Below are positions 30,101 to 41,400 of a stretch of DNA of 64,000 nt, piece by piece; position 1 is the first letter of the stretch, and each line of letters opens with the position of its first letter. Source of the stretch: Lentimicrobiaceae bacterium (GTDB lineage: Bacteria; Bacteroidota; Bacteroidia; Bacteroidales; JAGNHN01); contig JAGNHN010000002.1 in NCBI GenBank assembly GCA_018001695.1, positions 31,602 to 95,601 of the forward strand. Direction: 5' to 3'. The translations under genes were made by a program, and so were the position numbers. The notes under the pieces were generated by a model that worked only from the letters and a program-made list of their open reading frames with translations, was not told where the DNA came from and searched no databases.

Positions 30101-33100
30101 TGGTGGTGTTGTATCCTGTACAATAATCGTTTGCAAACACTCACTGATATTGCCGCAATCATCCATAGCACGCCAGGTACGGTACACCGTGAAGCTGTTG
30201 CCGCAGCCATGGACAACCTGGTCGAGATACGTCACAATTGGACCGGGACCACAAATATCCGTCGCTGTTGCAACGCCAGTGTTGAGGGTAGTCGTGTCAG
30301 CCGGACAGTTGAGGATAATATCGGCAGGACAGGTTATCACAGGACGAATAGTATCCCTGATCAGGATGGTCTGGGCGCATGATCTTATATTACCAGTAGT
30401 ATCCTGTGCATACCAGGTTCTGATAAGGTCACGTTCCACGCCGCATGTACCCTGAACGATCGCATCCTGATACCAGATCACGGGTGCAGGGTCGCAATTA
30501 TCAATGGCTGTTGCCATCCCCAATGCACTGATACTCGTATCTGCGTTACAGTCGATCCAGGCATCCGCAGGGCAGCTCAGATATGGTGGAGTGGTATCAC
30601 CGAACAGCACGCCTACGGTATCATAGAACTGGCAACCCTTTTTACTGGTCACCTCCAGAATCAGAGATGTATCAGCCCATCCAATGAAGAATGGATTGGC
30701 CTGTACTGGATTAGTGACCAATGATATAGGCGACCATCTATATTTATACGCAGGATTAGGGGTGAGTTTGAGCCAGCGCTCTTCGGGCACCCCACAGGCG
30801 ATATTCAGATCCGGCACATTCACCACCGGCTTGGGTTCCACGATCACCTTCACGCTGTGCAATTGTGAACACCCTTTCACATTCATTCCTCCAACGAGAG
30901 GTGCAATGTTGACATTCAGCAGATAGTTGGTCGTGGTTGTGGGCGAAACCATGGGATTAGGAATATTCCCGACTGACATGCCAATAGAAGGGGTCCACTG
31001 ATAGACAAGCGCATATCCATCCGGATTATCGACCACTGGAGAGAGCATCACAGAATCACCCTGACAGACAACCACATCAGAAAGGCTCACCTGGAAAGAT
31101 GTATCCACTACCTCCAGCTCAAACTCATATTCAATCCAGTTACAGGAATAATTCTGGTTCGTTGTATCCTCAACATAAAGGTAATAGGTATTTGATGAAG
31201 AGGTAGAAGTTATTCCATAAAGCCAGGGGTTGGATGTATTTGGATTTGACATATTCCAGTATGGATACCATGAATACAACAAACCAGGTTGCGGGGGTAT
31301 CCCGATCTGCACACTGTCGCCTGGCAGAGAGCCAACACAGACAGTAAGGCCCCTTCCGGGGTCAGCACTGGGCAATACGCCATTGTTGACCTCCAACATT
31401 CCATAACCTGTAGCCTGGCATCCTGTTGGGATATCTGTGATGACGAGTTTATACAAGGTAGTTGTATCTGGTGATGCAATAGGGCTGAAACTGCTGGGAT
31501 CACTTAGACTGCCCGAAGGTGACCATTGAGCGGTAAAATTGTTGGTCCCATATGCTTCCCATTCATCCAGATATGTAATTGTAATGCTTTGTCCCCGGCA
31601 GATTTCTTCCCAGAACCAGACATCTACCTGGACATTTCTCACTTCTACCACCACCTCATCCAGGGAATAGCACTGGCTAAGGGGATCCGTCACTTTCAGC
31701 GTATATATAGTTGTTTCGTAAGGAGATACGAGCGGCTGCTCAGCGCCCGCATTGGGCACATACAATCCCTGAGGGCTCCATTCGTAAATCAGACTATCCG
31801 GTCCATCTGTGCCAATCGTGACATAGTCACCATAGCAGATCACTGTATCCCTGCCGGCATCCGCTGTCGGGGCAGCAGCCGGATTCAGAAAAATGGTAAG
31901 ATCAGCCGAAACCGGACAGCCAGTCTGATTGTGATAGGCTGACACACTCACGGTAACCGGATTATCCACACACAGATAAGGTGTCAGACTGGCTGGATCA
32001 TCGAACAACGCAGGCGGGCTCCACTGAATATTTGAGAAAGGCCCGTTCTGCTCGGATAATGAGAGACGCAGACAGGTGCTGTCACATAATATTCCCGGAC
32101 TGCTAATCGCAAGGGTTCCAGGAACTTTAACAGTGACGGTCACCTGATCTGTCCTTGTGCATACACCATTTGAAACGGTGAGCGTATAGACCGTTGTCTG
32201 TGTTGGCGTAGCAACAGGGTTAGAAGCACTGGGGTCACTCAGTCCTGTGGCTGGCGACCAGGCATAGGTTAGGCCTTGTTTCCCCTGATAACCGATCGGA
32301 ACTGATTCGCCCTGGCAAATAGTAGCGTCATTTCCTGCATTGATGGGAAAAGCAGGCCTGACCAGAATGGAATCATACTGATAACAACCATTGGACCAGG
32401 ACATTACAGCTACCACATACAGTGTTGTATCTGAGGGATTGGCCCAGGGTGTCCGGCTGCGAGGGTCACTCAGGCCGGTTGTTGGTGTCCAGTAATACGC
32501 AAACCTGTTGTTATATGAGGCATTGAGCTGAACCGGCCCGTTACATATATCTACTGTATCAGGTGTAATGGTAACCGGAGGTGTGTAATTCATCGTAACG
32601 GTTTGATTTCCGTATGCCACACAACCATTGAGCGTCACCGTGACATAATAGGTAATGCCGTATAAAGGAACCACCCTGGGCATGGCAGCTGTCGGGTCGT
32701 CCATATAGAAACCGCCAGGCGTCGACCATTGATAAGTTGCCCCTGGGATTGCGGGTTGACCCAAAACGATGGTATCCCCCTGGCAACCCCAGATATTTTG
32801 CCCACCCGGATTTGTTGGCAAGATGATCTTATTTATCTGTACCTCATCCTGACCCAACAAACAGTTCAAGGTATCTCTGACTGTCAGCACGTAGACGGTA
32901 TTCTCAATGGGATCCGCCATCGGTTGAGCAATACCCGGATCACTAAGGCCTGTATGAGGTGTCCAGGAATACACCAATCCGGACTGCGGGGCCGGGCCAA
33001 TCTGGACCGGAGCTGAACCACAGGTTGCGTGGTCTGGTCCGGCATCAACAGCCAATGGACCGGGAGGTATGACGGTAACCGTCACTTCATCCGTGGCATC

Positions 33101-36100
33101 ACAACCTTGCGAGGAGCTCGGAGAAACAATCAGCTTATAGGTTGTCGTTGTCAGCGGCAATGCCAGCGGCGTGGGGCTGTTCGGATCATCAAGACCGTCA
33201 ACGGGCAACCATTGGTATGTCGCACCAAATTGCGTGCTATCTGTCGTTCCTAATCTGACCGGATTACCACCTTCACAAACCAGCATATCAGGGCCCGCTG
33301 CAGCCACAAACGGTATTGTCTGATGGAACAGCACCGTATCCCTGTCTATACAACCTGTCATGGTATCGGTTACTGTCAGGTAAAGCCGGATCTGATCGGA
33401 GTAGATATTCGCCACAGGTTGGGCGACAGTCGTATCGGAAACAAACTGAGAAGGCTGCCACAAATAAGCCATATCCACTTCTTCCGGAGCCCCAACAACA
33501 AAGCTGCCTGCTGAGCAGAAATAGCGGTCACCCCCAGCATCAGCGATGGGTGAGCGGACCACGACTTCTACCAGGCCTGTATCCTGGCAACCGGTTCCCG
33601 GATCACTGACCATTAAGGTGTACAAAGTAGTAACCGGTGGGTTTGCTGAAGGATTTGAAACGTCATCTGCACTCAGCCCGGTAAGGGGAGTCCATTTATA
33701 CTCAAGTCCCGGTATGTTTGCTGCACCTATATACACGGGTGAAGTGACACCCGGACAGATAAACTTATCGGGTCCGGTCAGTGCCACAGGAGGACTGCCA
33801 TAGAAAGAAGAGACTGTGACTGTTCCTATACATGTAATAAGGGGATTCACTTTATGACGCGCAATAACCTGGTATACCTGCAATGAAGGGACGAAAGCAA
33901 TTACATTGGGTGTTGCGGTAAAAGGATTATCCAGGAGGCTAAGATCACCTCCGGTCCATTCATAGGTATAATCTACTGTGTCAATATTCTTAGGTACAAT
34001 TTTGTATGGAAGTTGCTGATTATACGTATCACAATGAATAGGAATCATGATCTCCTCATATGGGATCGGGCAACCGCAGGGAGGCACCGTTACCCAATCG
34101 TAACAGGTCACGCCATTAATGGTCACCTGAAGTTGATACTGAGTCGTCACGTTAGGATTGACAAATGGTGTTGCCATACTATCCTGCCCGGCCAGACTGG
34201 ACGTATCTCCCCATTGAACTGTCCATAGATACTTCGCCAGCCCTCCTGTAAAGTCGGATGAACCAATGTATCGGGGTCCACATCCATCTGGCCCCACATG
34301 CGCAAAGCCAACATACACATTCACCGTATCATAGCCCGCAACGCAAACCGCATCGTCCTTGATGACTGTCAGGACATATTGCCTGAAAAAGCCGGGATAG
34401 CCGTATGGGAATGTACCATCATAATAGGAATAGCAATTAGCAGTACTGTTAATATTACTTCCCGGAGACCAATAGTAAGAGTGACCCGGTTCGCAGAAGC
34501 CACCAAGCATTCCCCACCCTTGATACTCGCACAGATAAACATCCGGGCCTGCATTGGCAACCGGCGGCGAAACGATGGATACGACGATGGTATCAGTTGG
34601 GCAAACGCCGCCATTAACTCCCCCATCATCAACATGCACCGTATAGGTCGTTGTCAGCGCTGGATTAACTCTTGTACTGCCAGCAAGGGGACTCTCGATG
34701 CTCGCGACACCGCTGCCATTCAAAGCCGACCATGTGTAGTTAACATTGGTTGCTCCAGGATATGCAGGCGCAGTCAATACCACAGATTCACCAGGACAGA
34801 TCATCCTGTCCGGGCCGGCATCAGCCCTGATCACTTCCACGGCAACCTGAGCCACCTGGCTGCATTGTTGTGCATCGATCACCCTTAGCGTATAACCTGT
34901 TATCCCAGATACCGGACTGGCAGTGGGATTGGATAGCGTGGAATCTGTGAGGCCAGAAAGTGGAGCCCATGTGTAGGCGTAAGGAGGTTGTCCTCCGCTT
35001 GCGGTAGGTGATCCGCCCAGAACAACCGATCCGCCCGGACATATGTATTGGTTCACTCCCGGATCAGCCATTGGGGCAAGGAATGGCCTGATCTCGACCT
35101 TAGCTGGCCGGCTCATCATGACCACTTTGCCGTTGTCCTTGATCAGTCGCCGGTACCAGGTAGTGACATTGCTCGCCTGTGGCTGGTAGGTAAAATCGAT
35201 TGCGCCGGATATATCAATCCAGTTCAAAGAATCTGTACTAAACTGCCATTGCACTTCTGGTGGATTTAGGGTGATGCCGGAAGGCACGCCTTCTCTGAAT
35301 AACTCCAGGTAGTAGCTCGTTCCTGCCAATGGCTGAATGTCATTGCTCATATCACAGACCTCCTGGTAAACGGGAAGCAGAGAATCCTGCACATACCAGG
35401 TATTCCATCTGAACCGCATAATGGCATTCAGACCCCCTCCAGAGTTTTGATAGGGTGATTCTACCGTATAGGGGAACCCGACGGCTGTCGGATAATTCGA
35501 GTAGTACCTGAGTCGTGACCAGATGTATACGATGGTGTCGGTTACGATCATCTGCGGATGCTCTTCAAACCCATACATATCAGATCCTTCAGATCCCATC
35601 AACGTAGAAAAGATCAACCTACCGTTTCTGGCAAACCGGCCGAGATAAAGCTCATCAGAGCCTTTGCCGATGGACTGAGGTGCGTCAGCGGTTGGATAAA
35701 TATTGTAATCACCTGTCGATCCCTGCCCATATAACAGGATGGTAGTGTCAGGCAAAACAATGATATATTGATTCCCGGGATTGCTTCCACTGGGATCAAT
35801 GGGGACATAGGTTGACATGGGTATCTGGCCCGTTTGAATATCAACTGAAAACAGTACACCGCCATCTTCCTGCTCCCTGATAGCGGCATCCGGGGTCGTC
35901 GGAAAGTATCCCATGCTGCTGCCTCTGTATGCGCTGGCAGCAATGTACATCAGTCCATCCGGCCCAAAAGAAGGGTGTGGATCCATATGGCCAATGCCAT
36001 AAACATCAGAGCCATACTCGATCCATTCCTCACCCGGGCCGCCCCAGTAGGTAGACCACAGCAGCGAGCCATCAAGGGCAATTCTGCTGATTGAGAAATC

Positions 36101-38203
36101 ACCGGCGCCTCCCCCACTGCTACCTCCCCCATACATAGGTTGTGCCGCATTAAGGGTAACCGGAAAATCAGCCGACATGGTATTCCCGACTACCACCGCA
36201 GAATAATCATCCAGGACCCTGAGGTATTCTATTTCCTCATAGAAGTTGCCCCCCAGATAAGTTGAATAATAAAAGGACCCATCAGCAGTGTTTACTGCTG
36301 TGACACCATACTCATAGCAATTATAATAGCTGCTCGAACATTCATTTACCTTATCCGGCGCATTTGCCGTCAATGGGAAATAGCCTCTTACATTGATACC
36401 CGAGATGAAAACAAGTCCATCTGAAGATATGTCAAGGGTATTTTTCACATCAAACCAGTTATTATAGCCTTCGCCCTGATAGGTAGCCCACTTAAGGCCA
36501 CCATCTGATCCCCGGAACCCGGCAAGGTAAATACTCCAGCTGCCTCCTGGTGAAGTGAGACCGGCTCCCGGTGTAACAGGCAAATCCTGGGAATCAGTAT
36601 ACCCGCGAAGATAGATATCCCCATTGGACGCAATGCGGTAATCTTCAACACCGTCATAAGTCCCGGAGCCTCCAAAATAGGTTCCCCACACAAGGGTACC
36701 ATCTATGCGTAGCTTGGCAAGGTAGCAGTCGTTACCGGCACTATACGCCCGTCCTGCTGCTGTTACCGGCAAACCAGCCCGGGAATTAACAAGAATCACG
36801 GTCAGGGTGCTGTCGGGATTGAGGTGTATAAAAAAATCATTTCCATAATTACCTAATAATGTACACCATAAAGAGGTAGTGCCATCCGGACTCAATGCCA
36901 GCATGGCCGGCACACAATACCCGTTGTGCGCCGTTTGTATGGAGGATGAAGTGAAAGGAAGCAATGGCCAATTGGGAGGGGGACATGAATAGGAGCTGAC
37001 CAGGATGGCACCACCAGGCAGAATATGCAGGTCATACGGATTGGAGATAAAACCCGGAATGATAGCTGTCCATAAAACCTGGGCCTCTGGTGTAAACTTT
37101 GTAACATATGTGGCTTGCCAACTTACTGTGCTCCCATAACCAAAAGAGCCAGGCGTCAGCACCACACTCCCCAGCGGCGAGGACCCCGTTGCAAGGAAAG
37201 TACCATCTTCTAAAGGAACAAGTTTCGACATCCTGGTACCATAAAGAATGGACCAATCCAGGATCATCGGGTCCAGAATCAGAATATCTTCTTCATCATA
37301 TTCACTGCCTGCTGACATCGCAAACCGGATACCATGGTCATTGATTTCGAACACCACATCCACCTCTTTCTCCTGTCCATCAATATGTTGGTAGCTATAG
37401 GGTGCAGGGAGACCAACTTCACCAATTCCGGTTGTAACCCAGGCCTTCCCGCTTTCATCCTTCCGGATAGCCTCTATTCCTTCAAATTCAATATCAATGA
37501 CTTCAAAGGGATTTGACCCGGGGTAAGCAATCAGATCATATTCCAGCCCACCCTGTCCGTCTCCATACAATCTAAGGTCAATACCAGGGTAAATATCTTC
37601 GATCCAAACCTCTTTGAATGATTTAACGTTGGAGATGGAGCCTTCGGCCGTGATATAATGACGAAGTCCCGCCTGCTTCACTTCCAGCCGGTTGGTGACC
37701 CTGGCCTCAGGATTCATGCCACGGAACCTGTAGTTCCATACCCAGCCCTGCAGGTTTTCATCATAGTCTGGCAGGCTTTTTACCACATCGGCATCGCAAA
37801 CAGCTGATAAATCCTGCCGGCGTGCCTCGTTCTTCTGCCTGGCCGCCTCAGCCCTGCTTAAAGGCGGTTTGCGCTCACCCACCATGGTATCCGGTCCCGG
37901 CAAAGCGCTCTTGCTAAAATCGACATTGGGTTTCAGGATCATAATACTAACCCCATCCCTGAGGACACTGAATGTCCCCTTCTCTCCCGAAGCCCGGTAA
38001 AGAACTGCGGCATCCCATTGCCCCCTGTTCTCTTCGAAAACCAAATTCATGGACCGCTGCTTCAGCATGGCTTCAGCCTTGGCTCTGGGATCCAAATCCT
38101 GATCCGAAGGAATGGACTGACCTGATGCAGCAGGCATGAGGGATACGAACAGCGTAATGGCTAACACGAAATACAGAAAGCCCCGACGTAGCTTAGCATT
38201 CAT
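27113..38203 (-). CDS. 3,696-aa T9SS cargo combining an SBBP beta-propeller, ~20 Ig/PKD-like modules, 4 HYR-like modules, a cadherin-like domain, Ig modules, a CRD, a dockerin-like segment, a cohesin-like segment and a type A CTD
   Basis: Signal peptide MNAKLRRGFLYFVLAITLFVSLMPAASGQ. FEENRGQWD N-terminal motif and SBBP-like repeats. Repeated modules ..C.G..V.LG....G..Y.W.P..GLSD....NP.A.P..TT.Y. DTTPP.I(T/S)CP..C modules x4. Type A CTD at the C-terminus. Confidence 0.9.
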   Translation of the reverse strand: MNAKLRRGFLYFVLAITLFVSLMPAASGQSIPSDQDLDPRAKAEAMLKQRSMNLVFEENRGQWDAAVLYRASGEKGTFSVLRDGVSIMILKPNVDFSKSALPGPDTMVGERKPPLSRAEAARQKNEARRQDLSAVCDADVVKSLPDYDENLQGWVWNYRFRGMNPEARVTNRLEVKQAGLRHYITAEGSISNVKSFKEVWIEDIYPGIDLRLYGDGQGGLEYDLIAYPGSNPFEVIDIEFEGIEAIRKDESGKAWVTTGIGEVGLPAPYSYQHIDGQEKEVDVVFEINDHGIRFAMSAGSEYDEEDILILDPMILDWSILYGTRMSKLVPLEDGTFLATGSSPLGSVVLTPGSFGYGSTVSWQATYVTKFTPEAQVLWTAIIPGFISNPYDLHILPGGAILVSSYSCPPPNWPLLPFTSSSIQTAHNGYCVPAMLALSPDGTTSLWCTLLGNYGNDFFIHLNPDSTLTVILVNSRAGLPVTAAGRAYSAGNDCYLAKLRIDGTLVWGTYFGGSGTYDGVEDYRIASNGDIYLRGYTDSQDLPVTPGAGLTSPGGSWSIYLAGFRGSDGGLKWATYQGEGYNNWFDVKNTLDISSDGLVFISGINVRGYFPLTANAPDKVNECSSSYYNCYEYGVTAVNTADGSFYYSTYLGGNFYEEIEYLRVLDDYSAVVVGNTMSADFPVTLNAAQPMYGGGSSGGGAGDFSISRIALDGSLLWSTYWGGPGEEWIEYGSDVYGIGHMDPHPSFGPDGLMYIAASAYRGSSMGYFPTTPDAAIREQEDGGVLFSVDIQTGQIPMSTYVPIDPSGSNPGNQYIIVLPDTTILLYGQGSTGDYNIYPTADAPQSIGKGSDELYLGRFARNGRLIFSTLMGSEGSDMYGFEEHPQMIVTDTIVYIWSRLRYYSNYPTAVGFPYTVESPYQNSGGGLNAIMRFRWNTWYVQDSLLPVYQEVCDMSNDIQPLAGTSYYLELFREGVPSGITLNPPEVQWQFSTDSLNWIDISGAIDFTYQPQASNVTTWYRRLIKDNGKVVMMSRPAKVEIRPFLAPMADPGVNQYICPGGSVVLGGSPTASGGQPPYAYTWAPLSGLTDSTLSNPTASPVSGITGYTLRVIDAQQCSQVAQVAVEVIRADAGPDRMICPGESVVLTAPAYPGATNVNYTWSALNGSGVASIESPLAGSTRVNPALTTTYTVHVDDGGVNGGVCPTDTIVVSIVSPPVANAGPDVYLCEYQGWGMLGGFCEPGHSYYWSPGSNINSTANCYSYYDGTFPYGYPGFFRQYVLTVIKDDAVCVAGYDTVNVYVGFAHVGPDGCGPRYIGSSDFTGGLAKYLWTVQWGDTSSLAGQDSMATPFVNPNVTTQYQLQVTINGVTCYDWVTVPPCGCPIPYEEIMIPIHCDTYNQQLPYKIVPKNIDTVDYTYEWTGGDLSLLDNPFTATPNVIAFVPSLQVYQVIARHKVNPLITCIGTVTVSSFYGSPPVALTGPDKFICPGVTSPVYIGAANIPGLEYKWTPLTGLSADDVSNPSANPPVTTLYTLMVSDPGTGCQDTGLVEVVVRSPIADAGGDRYFCSAGSFVVGAPEEVDMAYLWQPSQFVSDTTVAQPVANIYSDQIRLYLTVTDTMTGCIDRDTVLFHQTIPFVAAAGPDMLVCEGGNPVRLGTTDSTQFGATYQWLPVDGLDDPNSPTPLALPLTTTTYKLIVSPSSSQGCDATDEVTVTVIPPGPLAVDAGPDHATCGSAPVQIGPAPQSGLVYSWTPHTGLSDPGIAQPMADPIENTVYVLTVRDTLNCLLGQDEVQINKIILPTNPGGQNIWGCQGDTIVLGQPAIPGATYQWSTPGGFYMDDPTAAMPRVVPLYGITYYVTVTLNGCVAYGNQTVTMNYTPPVTITPDTVDICNGPVQLNASYNNRFAYYWTPTTGLSDPRSRTPWANPSDTTLYVVAVMSWSNGCYQYDSILVRPAFPINAGNDATICQGESVPIGYQGKQGLTYAWSPATGLSDPSASNPVATPTQTTVYTLTVSNGVCTRTDQVTVTVKVPGTLAISSPGILCDSTCLRLSLSEQNGPFSNIQWSPPALFDDPASLTPYLCVDNPVTVSVSAYHNQTGCPVSADLTIFLNPAAAPTADAGRDTVICYGDYVTIGTDGPDSLIYEWSPQGLYVPNAGAEQPLVSPYETTIYTLKVTDPLSQCYSLDEVVVEVRNVQVDVWFWEEICRGQSITITYLDEWEAYGTNNFTAQWSPSGSLSDPSSFSPIASPDTTTLYKLVITDIPTGCQATGYGMLEVNNGVLPSADPGRGLTVCVGSLPGDSVQIGIPPQPGLLYSWYPYWNMSNPNTSNPWLYGITSTSSSNTYYLYVEDTTNQNYSCNWIEYEFELEVVDTSFQVSLSDVVVCQGDSVMLSPVVDNPDGYALVYQWTPSIGMSVGNIPNPMVSPTTTTNYLLNVNIAPLVGGMNVKGCSQLHSVKVIVEPKPVVNVPDLNIACGVPEERWLKLTPNPAYKYRWSPISLVTNPVQANPFFIGWADTSLILEVTSKKGCQFYDTVGVLFGDTTPPYLSCPADAWIDCNADTSISALGMATAIDNCDPAPVIWYQDAIVQGTCGVERDLIRTWYAQDTTGNIRSCAQTILIRDTIRPVITCPADIILNCPADTTTLNTGVATATDICGPGPIVTYLDQVVHGCGNSFTVYRTWRAMDDCGNISECLQTIIVQDTTPPLITCPPDAVLDCPADTSVQANGQATATDECSGLMITHSDQLIPICGHSWTIHRIWRATDDCGNFSECVQTIVVQDTTPPQITCPPDTTVTAAYGVCEAYISLGEPVVTDECTLFDYVNTYTQTSNASGIYPAGTTHVWWAASDYCGNPSACLQTITVRNYPMAYNDDTIVPTGSTVLIPVLNNDFDCQDLLVESCVAVVTPPSQGTATVNLQTGVITYVPNVTSLNVNDTFYYSVCNEFGLRDTARVTVTYRIPPAGQLVGSDIICVGTSAMLAVYLTGEAPFTIWVSNGITTTMYSGITGNLWTRWVSPLHTTTYSLVWVQDATTLKVAGTGTALIQVLAPQSFVVTGGGIYNQGGPGVVVGLSGSQMGVSYQLYHNGNPTGVPVVGTGQPLSFGYQQLEGYYTVVGTDLVEGCTAPMTASVLVQMNPAPASCTLSGGGICCLGCYDLEIELSCSEVGIVYELLRNGNPTGRILQGTGGILVWDKLVYTGTYTVRATNPITGATQLMSGTATVQFYPLPSAVVSGSTTIIQGQSAVVSVAFTGTPPYRIRFTDGTHYTMREGIMTNTWDTLVSPMTTTTYHVEYVYDGHGCGDLGTGTATVTVLPPKTGSVSGLVQYASSAKPAMGLGGVKVMLVDASMQVLDSTVSDQTGLYSITDIPAGQYYLLLHHGDITGGYNATDAMLVMQHFTQQSILMPISAEAGDVNQSGFLNASDALLIAQRFVGMQSTFPAGEWVFEVHSLTITLNGEALLQDLLGLCYGDVNGSYAPVPKHQSHAGIRVQGSMDRLRLEQEGLPLYVEERVELGAVSLVLRGSMVKEVEEVLPGGALGGEVVWTKTGDELRLAWYDATGQPLPAGEEAFRLKLKPGAWENAGSMTLEAGPGSELANGSGVRYGMVKMYHPEAVTATGAAELEVWPNPVEDVLKLRYYQPLGGQVKITLRDITQRELEVISESMRPAGEHTWEVDFSRLPAGTYYVQLQHDSGADLMRKVVHIE
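27116..27370 (-). other. T9SS type A C-terminal sorting domain (TIGR04183-like)
   Basis: AELEVWPNPVEDVLKLRYYQPLGGQVKITLRDITQRELEVISESMRPAGEHTWEVDFSRLPAGTYYVQLQHDSGADLMRKVVHIE. Confidence 0.8.
27926..28093 (-). other. Dockerin-like EF-hand repeat segment
   Basis: GDITGGYNATDAMLVMQHF ... GDVNQSGFLNASDALLIAQRFVG resembles the dockerin type I duplicated Ca-binding motif. Confidence 0.55.
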
Positions 38204-38473
38204 ACAAATCGACGTTTTAGATAATAATGAGACCGGCAGTTACTAGTACATCCCCTATTAGGTTGGGATCGCAGAATTAATACCAAAAATGAAAAAAAGC
38301 ACCCATCTATTCCTTGAATAATTTACTATAATTCAATAATTTAGAATGTCTCTAAAGAAATATAAAATCAAATATAATTAATACTTGTTTATTTCGTATG
38401 TATTAGCAGCGAAAAGACAAACTCCATCAAAGAGGGTCGGCCTTACAAATCCCTAAACACAACAAGAACGTAA

Positions 38474-41400
38474 TCAGTTCTTTAGGCAGCGGACCGAAAA
38501 ACCATTCGTCTTATAGGCATAATCACGCTTAATATCCTGATGTGTTGTTAGTAAATGACGGTACCAGGCATTATTGGATACCTCATTGGAGGTCCAGAAA
38601 TAAGCAGCATGACCGTAAACTGCGAAAGTCCCGTTGTTATAAAGCCGGTAACCCACCGGAAGCACCTTAAAGCCAAGCACATCAGTCCCCGTAACTCCGG
38701 AAAGCCAGCCATAGGTGGACTTCAGACGGGTTCCGGCATCCAGCCCACGCCACCCAAAAATATCCCACTGCGTGCTACCGACACCATAATAGCTATCCGC
38801 ATTCCCTTCCAATGCCTTCCATTCCTCATCGGTCGGAATATGCCAGCCCGATGGACAAATACCCTGTGCCCCTGCGGTTGTACTGTATTGCATGGCTTCT
38901 GTCCATTGATATAAGCCACCATAATAATCACATTGATAACTTTGATTATCAAGGCAATACTTTTCAATCACGCCGTTATTGGCCATCTGTGTCGGGCCCG
39001 AAATCATGGTACCGATATTCAGGTTCCGCATCATCCAGCACTGCGATCCTATTAGTTTGGTAGGGTATTTCATGTTGTTGCGCGTATCGACAAAAGTATC
39101 GCCACAGGCATAGACATAAGGGGCAAAACTGATCACCACGGTATCGGAATTGGCACCACAGAAATTGGATATGGTCCAGATTAACACATATGTACTTCCA
39201 TACTGCCCGGTGAATTTGGTAAAGGGGCTGTAATGGCTCAGAAAACTGCCGCCTGAACCACTGTAAACACTCCAGTATCCTGTCCCGTTTACCGGTTGAT
39301 TGGCAGCCATGATCGCAGCATTCCCACCCAGGTTGAGCTGATCAGGACCGGCATAAGCAGTATCAGGCAAGGGAGAACAACTCGTATCGCGCAAACACCT
39401 GATGGCTGCAGCGAGGCTTTTATCCGCTGTATTCCGGTATACACTGCTATGACTGCCATCCAGCATCCTGTACCAGGATGAGGCAGACCCACTTTCATTG
39501 GAAGTCCAGAAGAGCGTCTGCTGCCCCAATCCCTGGTAAGCCTGTCCACCTGCCACTCTGTTTCCTCCTGGAAAGACCCTCAGGCCAAAATGGTCAATAC
39601 CATTTCCACTGAGGCCCCAGCCGGATGAAGCTTTCAATCTCCAGCCGGCATCATACCCCCGGTATAACACGCTATCCCAAACACCATCCCCAATGCCGTA
39701 TATGCTGTCGGCATACCCTTCCAGCCGTTTCCAGTCTCCGTCAGAGGGGATATGCCAGCCCTGCGGACAAATACCCTGACTGCCTTCTGCTGTCGTATAA
39801 GCCATCGCCTCGCTCCAGTTATATAACCCTCCGTAAAGCAGGCAATTGGTCTCATCATCCGCATAGCAGTATTTCTGCATTATGCCGTTATCCGAGGCGT
39901 TCTGGCCGGTATTGATGCGTACTCCTGCATCCAGGTTGCGGTTCATCCAGCACTGGGTTCCTATCTGCACGGTATGGTATGTTTGTCCGTCGAATATCAC
40001 AGAATCCAGGCCAGGACAAGGCTGTAGTGCGGGTCCGTGGTCAAAGGCCACCGCTGTGAAGGTTAGCGGAGAATGCTGAATCTGGGTGCTGTCCGCCCGC
40101 CTGACCTGGACACTCAGGGCTTGCTGCCCGGGCTGATCCCCGAGGGTCCAATACGTTTGTGCATATCCGTTGGGTGTAGTGTAGACAACAGTATCCGCCA
40201 GGCTGCCCCCACCCGAGGCCACACTGAAATGAACCGGAACGGGCAGGAAACACTGGCCGATGTTGTCGGTGACTTTCACCTTCACGGGAACGGACAGCAT
40301 CTCACCTGCCTCCCCTACCTGCTCATCTCCTGATATAATCTGAATACGGTAAGGTGATTCCCAGATATTGGTATCATAGGCGAAAAGCTGCTGGCTGTAA
40401 TTCGCCAGCGTCGAACCACATACGGTGACTTCAGCGCCGATGCTGGCATTCAGGCCCAGTTGCAGAACTGCATCCCAGTCAAATGAAGGGAAAGCCACAT
40501 TGGCCCGCAATGAATCATAGGCTGTGGCCGTCATATATGGACCGGCCACACCATATAGCTTCACACTTACTTTGGGAATAAGGGCTGCGTATTGCCGGAA
40601 GTGGACCTGACCTCCCCAGGTGAATGGATGCACTTCAAAATTGGACTGATAATCAAAGACTTTCTTCCACTGTTCATATTCATAAATGGCGCCAATAGAG
40701 AAATTCTTGCTGTCCTTATAGCCAAAGGTGGCATTCAGGGCGGCATCAAAGGAGGCTTTGCTCACAGCATGCAGGTCTGCCTTGACTTCTATGATCACGG
40801 GAATATAACCTACCATGAAGAAGATATTCCATTTGTATGTGGCAATGGTCTGGTCATAATCCATCAGCGTAGATGCCTGGGTTACATACATCCCAATGTC
40901 AATCTGGTGTTCGAACAAGGCATTCTCGGTGTAAAAGGCCAGACGCTGCACCCTGCCACTCTTGTATTTGAATTTGAAAACGAAATTTGGATCGAATGTA
41001 AAATACCCGGTATCAATGGTGATGGTCAGCGGCCCATTCTGATAAAGGATGGTGTTGGAGAAGTCGTAGGACAGACCACCCTTTCCGACGCGGGGGATCA
41101 CGCCATTGGCCAGGTAGGAGAATCCCGATGATATTAGTTTGGGATCCTTGGCACTATTCAGGAAGAAATCTGTTCCAAATTCCGCATCAATAAACACATC
41201 CTCCAGGGTGGCCTGTTCGGTCTGGACTTGCAGCAAAGGTGATGTCTGTAATACCTGCACCACTTTCCTCAGATAGCCTCCACCTGTAACACCAATAAAG
41301 ACCATGCCGGTATCAAGGACCAGGGTATCCTGTCCGATATGCTCAAAGACATACAAGCCCTGACCCTGCATGATGCTATCACTCAGCAATAGGCTTTGTG

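Noticed and set aside
38369-38376. TATATTTG (minus strand) as the promoter of the 3,696-aa gene.
   Set aside because: It lies 166 nt upstream of the ATG, far more than the 7-35 nt seen for the other boxes. It sits in AT-rich DNA where chance matches are likely. Support is too weak to list it as a feature.
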